Shown here: positions 12,174 through 25,585 of the stretch, in pieces | How the letters are laid out: each line of letters opens with the position of its first letter | Numbering within the stretch: position 1 is the stretch's first letter | NCBI RefSeq assembly: GCF_964194025.1 | Contig: NC_134472.1 | Span: forward strand, 67,208,001 to 67,272,000 | Length of the DNA stretch: 64,000 nt | Origin: Convolutriloba macropyga | Taxonomy: Eukaryota | Reading direction: 5' to 3' | Position numbers and translations under genes: made by a program | Notes under the pieces: generated by a model | Database searches by the model: none | What the model saw: only the letters and a program-made list of their open reading frames with translations | Told to the model about the DNA's origin: nothing

Positions 12174-13750
12174 ATATTGAAAATGTCTTATTCTCAAAAA
12201 TGACCGATCTCATTGGACTCCTAATGCAGCAAAACTGAGATACTTACTACTTTCAATTCCTATCAAACATTTTCAACAACTTTGACATCAGCGTTCAAAA
12301 AAATAATTGATTCTTGAGTTTCGCTCCCTTAATGCAGTAAATTTTATTTTTCTTTCCACACACCCTCATTCATGAACAGTGTCATTGACTCTATCATGAA
12401 CCAAAAAAAATTATGGGACGTTTTTAACGACTTTGACATTACTTATACTTAAAATGCATCAAAATCTCTTCGGCAATGATGTTTTTGTTGTCCTTTTTCT
12501 TGCCCCGTCTATTCATCTAATTAATTACTAACCTCAATGGCCCTGTAATTTAGTTCCAACTCTCGGTTTGTAAGAACTTAGATTGTATTGCGGAGCTATT
12601 TCCTTCTAAGAACTGTTTTTAGTCTCTCGTACATTCTGTTGACAATTGAGGTCACGGAAGAGCTGTGAATTTAGTCAAGCTGACATAGTGAAAGCCTCGA
12701 ATAGCGAGTAGTTTAAGGGGTACATTTTCCAAATTGTTTTAAAAGTGGAGTCATAAAACGATGTTCGAACAAGTTCCTGGTTTCATTGACAGAGTGCGAC
12801 AATTTTTTCCAAGTGCAACAGAGTAACATCTCCTTTCAATTTTCTTTTCTTTCAATTGCCCTTTTTGTACAATTGCTTTCAAAAGGTAATCTAATGTCTA
12901 ATATTGTCTAATGTTGCACAGTTGAATTTATTGTATTCATGAAAGCTAATTGTTTATAAGACACAATTTCTAGAAAAGATTCGTGAATTGTTGGCTTTCA
13001 CTCGGATTTTGAGTTAACCTCATTCATGAATAGTCTCGTTCCATTTCTTGTGAATCATAGAACCGGAAATAAATGGCTTCGATAAACTTACATTTTTAAA
13101 CGACTGATACTACTTATATTCAAATTTACCAGTAAGTCTTTGTCATTGCAGGATTTCGTTGTTCGTTTCAAGGTCTTATCTCTAGCTCTAACGATGTCTA
13201 ATTGAAGCTATTCTATAATTAAGGCTCCTATCTAAACCTTTTACCTATATCAACTTTGATCCCACTTTATTTCAAAAAACCTTAGTTATTTTCAGTTTTG
13301 CAATTTTTTCCGAAAGTTTCTATTGCATCAATTTGTCTCAATGGTGACAGGACTAGTTGACTACCTGAGACGTCATAATTGAATTAACTATAATTTCTAT
13401 TAAAATCCTTTGTTTTCAACCACTGACACAAACTTCTTACAGAAAAATATCAAAGATTCCTTTATTTTTTAAATATTTGTTGTCGTTTGGATTGTCCGAT
13501 CACAGTCTCAACAATGACAACTGCAAATCTACAACAAAGGTGAAAATCTTCTTGATTTCAACTTGTAGGAATTATTGTTAACTACTTAACGTCCATTTGT
13601 GATAAAAACGCAGTTTTATTAGTTTTGATGGGGTTTATTGACCTTGTTTGGTTTCTGATCTTAGCCGCAGTCTAAATGAAATAATGTTGAAGTTACATGA
13701 AGATCATTTTTAGCATTTGATTCTTTTACTTTTGGAGCAAAACAATTCGA

Positions 13751-14070
13751 AACATAACCTACTAACGTCGGAAGAAATGCTCTCCAACGACTAGCTGGCG
13801 CTCTAATCAATCGCAGCCTACTTCAATTGGTGTAGCCCGATTAGGACTAAGAAAAACACTAGGGCGCTTCAAATAACCCGATTAAAGGTTAATACATACC
13901 ACTAAAATTTAAAGTGAAAATGCGCCAATTTCGGTGCACTTTCCATTTGACTTTTATTAGTTAACTGCCACCGATTGAGTTCAGCTGCTTGAAATTGTGA
14001 ATGAGAGAGAATTTTAGATCACGCTAAACGCAGAAAGTCAAGAACGTTAAAGTCAAAAAACGGTCAAGCG
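13751..14070. repeat. Dispersed ~330-bp repeat family
   Basis: Head aacataacctactaacgtcggaaga and tail tttagatcacgc also at ~52734-53092 and ~26170-26480; head only at ~1331. Confidence 0.75.
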
Positions 14071-14595
14071 TTCACACACGTTCACAATAATTGGTTCTCT
14101 TGGAGAAACTTTTAATAAGGCGACAGGTCTCTGAAGCTATTGCAGCTTATCGAAACCAAGTTACATGAAATAATTTTAGTGACAACTTCAGATGGCATGC
14201 TTTTCCCCAAAGTTAAATTTAGTTTGTTAAACTGCTTCACGCTACAATTTTAGTCGACAAAAATAGATATTTAAAAAATGCACTTCTTTGGCTTACTCGA
14301 GGCTTTCTTTGTCTCCAGAATTTTTTTCCCTCATTTTTTAAGCATCTCCTTTACTTCGTTTATTCCTAATTAATTTTTGTTTTTATTTATGTTCTTTAAT
14401 ATAAGTTTATTTCCTTCATCCAGCATTTTTATATAATGGCAGCAAAGGACAATTTGAAATAGACTGCACATTAATTTGAAGCTGTTGTTGATTTTTATCT
14501 ATTGAAAAAGACAAAACAAAAAAGCCAGGCTGCATAGCGTTCATTCCCTCAATACAAGAGGTTGAAATATGAAACCATACAAGCTCTCTTATCAC

Positions 14596-15849
14596 CTTCA
14601 AAATTGACGCTTTCCACACTCACTGGTGGAATCCTAACATGCCTCTTTTCAACTTTCACTTCCACTCCGGAAATTACTAATTCCACGTCCAATGTCACCG
14701 CACAATCAGCCGAACACCTCAACGAATTCGAGAACACAAATTGGACCACAATGGAGCTGCTCGCAGGCCAAGAATAACTCTTTCTTTGTTGTCTTTCCAG
14801 TTGAGAGCTTTGGAACTCGAACAACGTCGAGGTGTTGTCGGATTCTAATGCCTTTGGGTGAAGATGTAACTGTCGGTCATAGGGTTTCAGGACACTAACA
14901 GATCTCAGGAACGGAATGTTAGTAAACACAACGGGTGGAAACTCTAGTACATTTAAAGAAATATTCGAGCCTCGGCTTAACAGCTGGTTGTTTTCAAAAC
15001 TAATTGAGTTAAGTAAATTTTCAATTTCTTTCTGGGGTAACATTTGATGGAATGCGTTTAATTTGAAACAGTGGAACCATGTAATCAAAGAACTTGCAGT
15101 TTCGACAAACTCGTCGTTTTGTTGAAGCAACTCCAAGTAATACAAGATTAACTCTACAATATGTAGTTGCAATTCTCGCCAGTAAAATTTGCCTCTTTGC
15201 ATGGCTCTATGAACAAACGCGTCTTCGATATTAACCCCGTAAACTGGCATTATATGAACTAGGTATATGATGGCAGAAAGAGGGTTTTCGCGGAAATAAT
15301 CCAGACTAACGTCGCCTCCGACCAATTCGTTCAAAACGTAGGCAGCTTTACGCGTCTGTTCTTTGAAAACGAGCAATTTAACAGCCGCAAGACATTTTCG
15401 AACGTCGCCTTCTGCTGAATAAGCCGAAGGGTCTTTAACTCGTGGCTTTTTTGGACTATTTTTATCGCGGAGTTCTGGAAACAGCCTGAAGTTTTCGTCC
15501 AAAATAACCCCGTCATGTTTTGACTTCAAAATCCCGTAAGAAAATTTGGTCAAAAGTATTTTGTATTTGAACTCTCGCAGCATAAACTTAGTGTCTGTAG
15601 ACTTGTCATAATGATTAAGAATAGCCTTTTCGTGATCCAGTAACTGTTTCATCTGGTCGGTAAGATGTAACTTGTCTTCACTGAATAGGAGTCCAGTTTG
15701 ATGTGCATAGACTCTGTCGTAAAAAGTGGTGTGGCGTTCTTCGGGTAGATTGAGAAGGTAGCAGCAGGTGATTGAACCCTCTAGTGAAGAAGCATGCCAA
15801 GTCCAATCTTTGGCCACAGACAGATTGTCCGCGGCTTTCTTGAATAGCT
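14596..15849 (-). CDS. TRAPPC9: Internal exon of TRAPPC9-like (TPR-like region)
   Basis: FKKAADNLSVAKDWTWHASSLEG matches the TRAPPC9 L-x-S-x-x-D-x-L-W-x-x-A-A-L-E-G motif; strong acceptor ttgatcatttag|AG; donor probably GAAG|gtgata (T|gtatgg is an alternative). Confidence 0.8.
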
Positions 15850-16519
15850 CTAAATGATCAATACAAAAATGAAACAAAGAATTTCTTGATCTGACAAACC
15901 CCCCTCCCACCTATAGTCGCCACAGGTTATAATTAATCACTAACAACACGATAACAACACTGTCGCTTGTATCTTATAAAACGTACGTACCTGGTTACAA
16001 TCATCAGCCACATCCATGTTGACAATGTTTAAAAATCTAGGACAACAAGGAGGCTCGGTAATATGCGTTTGCACATCAAGTTCCGACTCCGCTCAACCAC
16101 ATTTTCGACATAAATGTCTACCAAATAAGAACAGATAGAAAGCCCCAAAATTTCAAATATTTTTCAAAAAAATATGTATGCACAAAGATCGCCTCAAATG
16201 CAATTAACTCAGTGGAGCAAAAATGCCGCATTACATTGATGAGATCTGCCATTATTAAGAAAGCAAGTCAAGACGAACAACAAAATCAATCAAAAAAACA
16301 ACAAACATTAATTACATCCGAAAATTTATGTCAATTTAAAAAAAATTACAGAAGCTCAAAATACCGTCGGATAAAACTGAAACTAAACAAAATAACTGAT
16401 ACTTTACTAGAAAAGATATGGTAACACTCTATAAAAAGGCTCGATAACCTTTGGACGAAAAAGAACAAAAAACATCAAAAAAAACTTGCTTTATTTCTAA
16501 AAACAATTCATTTCAATGT

Positions 16520-17900
16520 AAGGAAAACCATTAGATGGCAACTAGAAACATCCAATATGTTTATGATCACATACGCTTCTATAGCAGGGCCTTAAGACCT
16601 GAAAAGAACAAAAGACAAAAAAATTTAATTGAAACTTTCAAGAAAACGCTGTCGAAGCCTTACAGCCATATTTTGCCACCAAAATATGTTCAGTCGAGCC
16701 TTCTGCAAACGCCAGAATGTGGTATAGCGAAGTCTCATTAGTGAGAATAGGTAAAAAGCAGTATATAAAAAAAGAAAAAGGGAAGAATTAATTAACACTT
16801 TTGTTTTTTTCGAAAACAATTATTTTCAAATTCATGAAAGCCATTAGCTACAAAATGGAATAATGAAATAGGTTAAGCGCTTGAGACGTGTAATTTTTCC
16901 GTAACGCTTGAGACGTGTAATTTTTCCGTTAAAAGAACCTAAAATATAGACAAAATTAAAAAACTGAAAACGAATTCTTTAATAAAACAATAGATTTTGT
17001 TCACTTGTAACTACCCTTGACAACAAAGATGTCATATTAGACCTGTATTTAACGAGACTAGGTATCGCATAGACAAGAGGAACAAAAAAACAGCAAAGAT
17101 AAAAAAAATTCGCTAATATTTATTAAAAACACTTAATTCAAAGGAAAACCATTCGATGGCAATTGAAAACATCAATTATGTTTAGGATCACATGCGCCTC
17201 TATCGGATCTTAAGACCTGTCAGTAATGATTTTTTGGTTACAAAAAAGCAACAAATGGATTATTCAATTGAAGCGAGAAAACGCTGTCGCAGCCGTAAAG
17301 TCATTTTTGGCCCCTAAACATATATTCAATTGAAAGTTTCTCAAATGCCAAGAACGTTTTATAGGCCTTCTCATTAACGAGAAGAGGTAAAAGTTAGACC
17401 TAAAAAAAAAGAAAAAGGGCGAAATTTATTGAAACTTTTTTTTCGAAAACAATTATTTTCCAAGTCATGAAAACCACTAGCAACAAAAAAAATTAAATAG
17501 GTTCGTCTACTCCTTCAAAAGAAGCGCTTGAGACCTGTAGGAACTCAAAATATGTTTACGTCTGCACAGGAACGTTAAATATAGAGAGAAAAGAAAAATA
17601 AGTTTACATTCTGTGCGAAAAACCCGTGTCCAAGCCAGTAAATTCATAACGAATTCCTTAAAAAAGATTAGACTTTGTAACTTGCACCTTCTCTCAACAA
17701 CAATTATGTCATATGTGATCTGTCATTAACGAGACTAGGAATCAAATAGACAAAAAATGCGAAGTTAAACTACATTAAAAGGAGTTTTTTTATTTTTGAA
17801 AACAGTTGTTTTCAGAGTCATGAAAGCCATCAGCTATCTACTCAAATCCGAATACAGGCTCATTTATTCCTTCATAAAAAGCCAATGAGGACTGTCATTA
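16520..17900. repeat. Diverged tandem duplication, unit ~620 bp
   Basis: aaggaaaaccatt..gatggcaa at ~16520 and ~17141; gaaaacaattattttc..catgaaa three times. Confidence 0.75.
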
Positions 17901-19635
17901 TCCAGCTAATTTCATACTACTACAAAGACAAAATAAAAACGACAGTTGAAGACAATTGTAACAAAAATCAATTAATTTCTCCGAGAAAGGGATGTCGAAG
18001 TCGTTGAAACCATAATCTATGCCTTTCAAGACTTTTATATGCTCAATTCTGCCTTATTTTGAGCGCCAATAATTTAATTTGTGAACTGACATTGTGATAA
18101 TGTGACAAAACGAGAAAACGTGAAAAAGTGACCAATACCTAAAAACCAAAACAATTGTGAAATCTAGTATTATCAAAGCAATAAAACCATAAATTAACGC
18201 ATAATAAAGCAAAAAAACTTAAATTTATTTCAACAGAGGAAGAGGAAGAAGAAGCATTCTTTCTTTGCTGACAATAAGCCACAAGCTGACCAAATTAAGA
18301 GAAAAATACTTTTTCTGTACTTTTGAGTACAGAAAAAGCTACAAAAAATTTAATTTGTTTAGGAAGCCATTTGGACCTATCAACAGTGAGCTGTGCTGTG
18401 AATTGTTCTATACTTTAATTATCAAAAACTCAATATTATTTTTTGAAAAAAAGACCGACTGATTACAATCCGAATTACTTTTTCGATCGTAACAGTCCAA
18501 GATTGGACCAAAACCAGCCCCGCTATTGCTGTTCGTCCACTTAGAATACTTGATGGTTTCGAATGCTTTAGAAGTATATAATTTGTTAGTTAAGAGATAC
18601 AAAATGCTGCGTTCTTGATAATCAGAGTAATGTAAGCGAAAAACGGCAAAATTTTGATTCTAGACTACTCTCAATGGATTGGAAGTAAATCTAGCTCCCT
18701 TTGTAGTTTACAAAGATTGTATTTATTGTTTTTGGGGTTGTACTTCCGGCAAATTTGAAGAAAATGGACTAAAGAAGCTTATTTCAGACAATTTTTGATG
18801 AAAAAAGCTGAATTTTGAAATACTTAGCCAAAATTTTAGCCAGAAAAATTACATTAAAATAGTCAACAACACTTTTTTGTCTCTAAAAACAAAATAAACA
18901 GTACAATTGTTAACAATTTTCACAATTTTTAGCAAAATTGACGGATTTTAGGCAAAATTTCGCAAAATGTGAATAAAAACAACGGAAATTCGTCTAATAT
19001 TCACAAAGCTTCAAACCTCGATAATTCCCTACAAAATACGAAATTCATAAAAGTCTTTTTAAATTCATATTTTACGCTGGAGGGGCTTTTTAATGATACC
19101 ACTCACAATTCTGTATGATGAATATATCGATCGGTCAAAACTGACTGAACAAGAAAAACCATGAGTATATAGTTCCTCCCCCCTCAAGAGGCTCGGGACA
19201 AGAATTCCCGTTTTTTTGTCTTGATTTTTTTGTATACAGGTAGATATTCGTCTAGACATTTATTTTAGAAGATTTCTTTTGATTTAAAAAATGGCAAATT
19301 GATTAATTTTAAAAAATATTGCATCCAACTTTTCGCTTTAAAAAACCATGAATTATCTGCAAAATTTTCTTTAGTTCTTCCGATTAGTTATAAATGGTCA
19401 AGCTTGAATGCTGCAAAACGAAAATTTGTTAGAAAAAATTAATAATTATTCCTGACCTCCTCTGTCAGCCTCTTCATTTGACCATTATGTCAAAATAGGG
19501 CATTTCCATATTCAATACATAACTGATGAACAAGTTTCATCTTATCTAATTTTATTTACTAGCAGGCCCGCAAAACCATAACCAGAAAACCATTTAAACG
19601 ATTAAGAGGTTTAAAAGAAGTAAACGTTTCTGTTT

Positions 19636-21880
19636 TGCAGCGACTCGGGCTCGAACCCATGCCCCTCGTTTAACAGCCATAGGTCTCACCACTTGAGCTA
19701 TCCATGTGTAATTCACTTGTCTTTTGCATCTACCACAGCAAATTTCTGGACAATGGCGTTTGTGACTTGCTTGTTTTTGCTGCACCGCAAGCTTAATCAG
19801 CGCAATAGCTGAATATTAGGAGCTCAAAAAGCATCTAATACGCTAGATTGCATGATTGAGGAGCCCTAAAACATGTAACTTTGACGATTGTGCTCAATTG
19901 CACCTGAAATTTACAATAAAAAAGAAGATAAGACAAAACGACTAAAAAACTCAAAACTTAACTTCATAGCAATTTATGGATAATGGTAACAGAAAACCAC
20001 TTCAAACTTCAGATTAGCAGTCTTTCATCTTACGAACTGCGCTATAACCACTACAAACCACAGTTTCTCACAACCGCTTTTATCTTACCAATAAATAAAA
20101 ATGAGAACTTCAAACTTAGTTCGGGAGGAAGTGAAAAACATGTAGTACTTAGGACAGTCAATCCTCCCTCTCGGCGAGCAAACTTTCAAGCCCTCTTAGC
20201 CTCGTGGTAACTGCACCTGACTATCAGTCTTTTGTCCCAGGTTCGATTCTCACCCATCTAGTTTGAGCCTTTTAGGTCATTCAACTCTCTCGATGTTCGC
20301 TTAACCATGCTGCTCAATGCGGCTCTTAAACATGCGCTTCGACAGGCCCTTAAACATGCAAAAATTTTGTCCCAATTTATAGCTCACGCGCTTAGGATAT
20401 AAGGTTAACATTTTTCATTCTAACAAACACAGCAACATAAAACGTTTTTGCTATACCGCACGCTTAATGAGCGCAAAAAAATGCATATTAGGGGCTTAAA
20501 AACGATGGTAAAAAGCGTCTCAAAACGCATTTATTACAGTAGGTTGCATGATTAAGGCCCCTAAAACACGTAACGATAGCAGCGCTGTTGACCATTGTGC
20601 TAAAATGCAACTGATATTCACTATAAAATAGGACGATTCGACAATACGACTAAAACTGCAAACAACTTAGTTTCATTGCAGTTTTTGGACAATGATGAAG
20701 CAAAAACACATCAAACGTCAGATTAGCAGTCCTCCAACTTACCCACTGCGCTATAACCACTACAAACCACCATTTCTAACAATCGCATTTATCTTATCAC
20801 TTAACATATTGCAGATTGAGAGCATCTGAGTTTACGCAAAAGTCAAAAAGCAAAGCGTGAAAAACTTAATTGAAAGCTCGAGTGTTCTAGAATAGTCTAG
20901 ATTAGCTGGGAATCTGTATAGCTTTGCAAAAAAAACACGTTTACAATCAATACTTTAAACTTCGTTCGGGAGCAAAAAACACGCAGTACCCAGGTCAGTA
21001 AATCCTCTCTCTGGGCAACTACACTTTCAAGCCCTCAGAGCCTCGTCGTAACTGCACCTGACTAAGTCTTTTGTCCCCGTTTCGGTTCTCACGTATCTAC
21101 TTCGGGCCTTTTAGGCCATTGACCTCTTTCGATATGTTCGCTTAACCATCCTGCTCAGTGCGGCTCTTAAAAATGCGCTTAGAGAGGACCCCTAATAATG
21201 CAAAAATTTTGTACCATTTTAGAGCTCGTTTAATATATAGGATTACCATTTTTCATCCCCCAAACACCCACAGAAACATAAACCGACTCGCGTTGCGAGA
21301 ATTGCTCTCGAAAAACAGGCGGCATGTTGTTGATTAGAAAAGTTAATGTCTACAAAATGGAAGGTGTCCCACACGGCTTCGAATCCTCAACCCTCTGAAT
21401 AGCAGTTTTTCATCTCACCGACTGCGCTATAACCATTACAAACTGCCCTTTGTAACAATCGCTTTTTCATCAAAAAACATAATTCAGATTGAGAGCATTT
21501 GAGATCCCGTAAAAATCAAGAAGTAAAGCGTGAAAAACTTGGTTGAAATATAGGGTCTTCTAGGGTCACGTTTACAATGAATACTTCAAACTTCGTTCGA
21601 GAGCTATTAAAAAAACACGTAGCACCCAGGACAGTAAATCCTTCCTCTGGGCAAGCATACTTTCAGGCCCTCACATCCTCGTGGTGACCACCTGACTAAA
21701 AGTCTTTTGTCCCAGGTTCGGTTCTCCATCTACTTTGAGCCTTTTGGGTCACTGACCAATCTCGATATGTTCGCTTAACTATGCTGCTCAATGCGGCTCT
21801 TAAACATGCGCATCGAGAGGCCCCTTAAATATGCAATTTTTCCCCATTTTAAAGCTCCCGCGTTTAATATATAAGATTTA
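19636..21880. repeat. Tandem cluster of tRNA-derived SINE-like units in alternating orientation
   Basis: Minus-strand heads with A/B boxes (19636-19706 TAGCTCAAGTGG/GGTTCGAGCCC; 21365-21435) and three plus-strand copies (~20110-20420, 20953-21258, 21584-21880) with TAGCCTCGTGG/GGTTCGATTCT-like boxes; acceptor stems do not pair. Confidence 0.7.
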
Positions 21881-22353
21881 AGGTTATAACATTATCTACG
21901 ACGCATATAACCAATCCTGCTCTTTACTCCTCAACGTTTTGAAAATATAGAGCATGGCAATTTTGAATATTTTCTCACAATTTTCTGACAAGCTATGGAA
22001 AACACAAAGAAACAGCCATAATCTTGTCAAGGAACGAGATCCACCTACCGTTTTTAAAGTCAACATGAATCTCGCGACAGAAAAGTCAAGTGAAAAATTT
22101 GTGAAAACCGCAGAGATTGAAAAGTCCTTTGTATGTGAAGAAAGAGCTATGCCTCAAAGATTAATCAATATAAAGGTCCGAAACCCCTTCCCCATTATCT
22201 CGAATAACGCGGACCTTTTCAGTTTCGGCCCCTTCGCTCAGTGGAGATAGAACTTCTAATCTCCCACCCCACGCGCACATACTATCTAAAAACATTAGCA
22301 ACTTAGGTGCATATTACGGCAGTTAGGTAACCTCTACCAGAACTACAACTAAC

Positions 22354-22698
22354 CAGCAGCAGTTGTGATTTTGTTCATCTGCAACATAATATCAGCCCAC
22401 TGTTTCAGACACCTCCCTTTGAATTTCTCCTTCGCATTCTGAATAGTCACTCCGATCTGCTGTTTGGCCTCCTTCTCCATAGTCAGAGGAGTCAACTTCT
22501 TCAACAGAGTCAAATAAGCATCGGGAGTCTCCTGGGCAGCTTCAACTACTTCTCTTATGCTTGTTTTGCGCTGATTTAGTGAGTCAATTACAGAGGCGAA
22601 CCAGTCCTTCAAACCCTGTTTGTTCTCGAAAGATCCTTTTGTAAGATTGTACACTGTCCGATTTGATTGTTTATTATCACCGCTGCCATTTTCATCAG
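22354..22698 (-). CDS. Exon-like ORF nested in a TRAPPC9 intron, possibly a CRESS/HUH Rep central domain
   Basis: Raised GC; ~115 open codons between ttattacag| and G|gttagt; not TRAPPC9-like. Confidence 0.4.
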
Positions 22699-23449
22699 CT
22701 GTAATAAAACCTTATAATGATTAATTAAACGCACTAACTGCTAAAAACTATTAGTAAAATTCAAAAGTCATTCTGAACTCACACAACCGTTCGCAAAATA
22801 CAAGATGGCTCGTGCGCGTCTGTGCATAGCACATAATGTTCCGACATACCTATATAAACAACCAATAATTTTAGTCAGATACCGTTGGTAGTATCCAAAA
22901 GCAACTTGTATGCATTGTGCTTTTGGAATGTGCTGTTTTAACCAAAACCAATGCCGTATTTTCTCAGCGGACAAAAAAAATTCCTTGAAAAAATCTACAA
23001 TTATTAGAGTAATGCAACTTGAAGACATACATAGAAAAACTAAACAGGCACACATCCAACACATTACACACACACCAAGAAAACCGAACAAATACGAACC
23101 ACAACACCAAAAAAAATTAAATTTACTGCTGGCAACTGATCTTTATTCAAGGTTCTTCACGTTCAATTAGGTCTTCTTCAATTATCTTCAGGTTATTGAA
23201 TAACTAGATGTCGTCGACTGGTTGAGGAATTTGTATCCGTAATTGTAACTTGGGCATTGAAATGAAACTTCTTGCAGTGTTTCGAAAAATGTTGTCAATT
23301 TTGATGCGGCATGATTTTGAGGAAAATATTATTCTTTTGTAAAAACTGCAGATACGTTGCCAGCAAAATTAGAAAAAAAAAGAAATTTTTTAGACAGATT
23401 TGAAGCCAAAGTTTGTAACAAAAAAAGTAATTTTTCTAATTTTTTTTAG

Positions 23450-24670
23450 TCTTACAGTTTTTGCACACTGCCTCTATTTGGGTCGAACATTTAAAGGTAC
23501 TAACTCTCACACTAACTCTGTCTCTCACTCACCTACCTTTAAAGTACGACCCACATTACATACACACGCACTCACAAACATACACCCGAAAAAATGTACG
23601 CAAATACTCATACGAAAACAAGCAAACAAAAAAAACTCCTAGACAAAAAAGTTCTTTTTAAATTTTTTCCAGCTGACCTTATCTATGGTTCGGATAGTTT
23701 ATTTACGTCTTGTTTGTTTTATCTGGAAATCCAGACGAAGACTTCTTGAGGCAATTGTATCACTAAGTGTAAAATTGACAATAAAATTAGAAATTAAGGT
23801 TTCATGAGCATAATAGGCCAAATCAACTTTTCGAAATCTCTCATGCTTTACCAGCTCAAATTACTAACACAATTGCGGTTTTCAAAAATATTTAAGTTGC
23901 AGCAATCATTACATAACTTTTCCATTTGTTTTAGATTTCTGCGGTTTGCCTTATTTGTGTCAAACTTTAAAGGCACGAGCGCTCTCAGACTAACTCTTTC
24001 TTTCTTCGACACTTACATGTCACACTTATTAAGCACACACATACTCACATTTAAACATTTTTTTAAATTTTTTTATTGCTAATGATCTTTACCCAAGTTT
24101 CGCATCGATGCGTTATGTCTAGTTTCTTTTATCAGGAAAACTAGGTGCGTTACCCGCGAATTTCAGTTTTCAACATATTAGGTAACTTCTCTAATTTTTA
24201 AGATTTCTGACAGCTTTCGCACCCTACCTCTATTTGTGTCTAACATTTAACAGAACTAACTCTCTCTTATTCTCTCTCTCTCTCTCTCTCTCTTACAGAC
24301 ACGTTAGACACACACAGTCAAACACATACACCAACAAAAACACACACGCGCGCACACACACACACTTACACTCACAAACAAACAAATAAATACCCCAACA
24401 AAAATTTCTTTTTTGCAGCTGATCTTAACAAATGGTTCACTTCGTTCATTTATTTCCTGTTTCTTTTCTCTGGACTAGGTGTACACTTCTTGAGGCAATT
24501 GTATCAGTAATTGTAAAACTGAAGATAAAATTTAATATTAATTTTAATTTTTCCCCAAAAATTTTGTTGCCATTTTTGATATTTCATGAGCATAACTGAC
24601 CAATTCATTTTGTCAAAAATCTTCGACTGCTTAACCAGTTAAATCTGGTAAACAAAATTTTGGTTTCGAA
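23450..24670. repeat. Three diverged copies of a CA/CT-microsatellite-containing repeat
   Basis: cctctatttg.gtc..acatttaa, cagctga.ctta and cttcttgaggcaattgtatca recur. Confidence 0.7.
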
Positions 24671-24904
24671 CATACTTAAAACCTCAATTTTTAGCAAATA
24701 TCAATTAATTTTCCTTATTTTCCCATAGGCAATTTTGACAAATTTCATGTAAGTGAAAACGAAAAGATTTTTTCATCATCCAAAAAGCTCTTTGTTTATT
24801 TATGAGGACTTCCACCATCTATAAACTACTTATTTCTTCAATTTACTGAAACGACCACATTTTGGAAAAGATCATTTTTATCAAGTTTTTCAACCTGTTA
24901 ATGA

Positions 24905-25417
24905 ATACACTTTCTAAGTCTCATTTTTTTGTTTTGCTTTATATTAGAGGAAATTGGTTCAAACGATCTGCTCTGACAACATAAGGAAAACAAACTAAAA
25001 GATAAAAAAGGATTTGAACTTTCACTTTTCAATAATGAATTTGGTTGGTTTGATTTTCTATCTAAGAAAACGGTTTGTTTTACGTCTCCGCGGTTTTTAA
25101 AACACAAAAATGGCTAGTTCTGAAAAAGAAGTGTTCGCGAAAACAGCTCTAAAATTCAGAAAGGAATACTCTCTCTGCATTTAGTTTTACAATTTCAAAG
25201 TTGATTTTAGCTATTTTTAGAGCTGTAAATTGCCTGAATTCTTCTATTTTCGAAAAAGATCTGTTCCGAGAGAAACATTGGTTCTGATAATATTTTTTAA
25301 TTGGCGGAAAACAGGGACTCGCATTCAGGGAAAAGACAGCTTCGCATTTATATTCCATCATTTTTGAAAAAAATGTTGGAAAAACAAGGTAAATCACCAA
25401 AAGCAAGTCAGAAAAGG
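24905..25417 (-). CDS. TRAPPC9: Cluster of small TRAPPC9-like exons; boundaries unresolved
   Basis: Acceptor ttttcgcag|CC in phase with exon 1; KIEEF, PFLC and RLRK align by eye with TRAPPC9 RIEDF, PLLC and RMRK at similar spacing once short introns are removed. Confidence 0.5.
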
Positions 25418-25585
25418 CTGCGAAAAGTAATGAAGGAACGGTTCAAAGTTATTCTAAAATCTGTTTTGTTTCAAAAATATGCATGGATTTAACTTCATTT
25501 CCCTTTCACTTTATATCAGCTTTTAATTGATTCTGACATTGTGTTGAAATAAAAAGTCTTAACTCAATTAAATTGAAAGACTTAC

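Noticed and set aside
19636-19706. Functional tRNA-Asn(GTT) gene
   Set aside because: A and B boxes are present, but the acceptor and anticodon stems do not pair and it sits in a SINE-like array
25160-25169. U12-type donor (GTATTCCTTT)
   Set aside because: Does not match the strict RTATCCTT consensus and no TCCTTAAC branch site was seen
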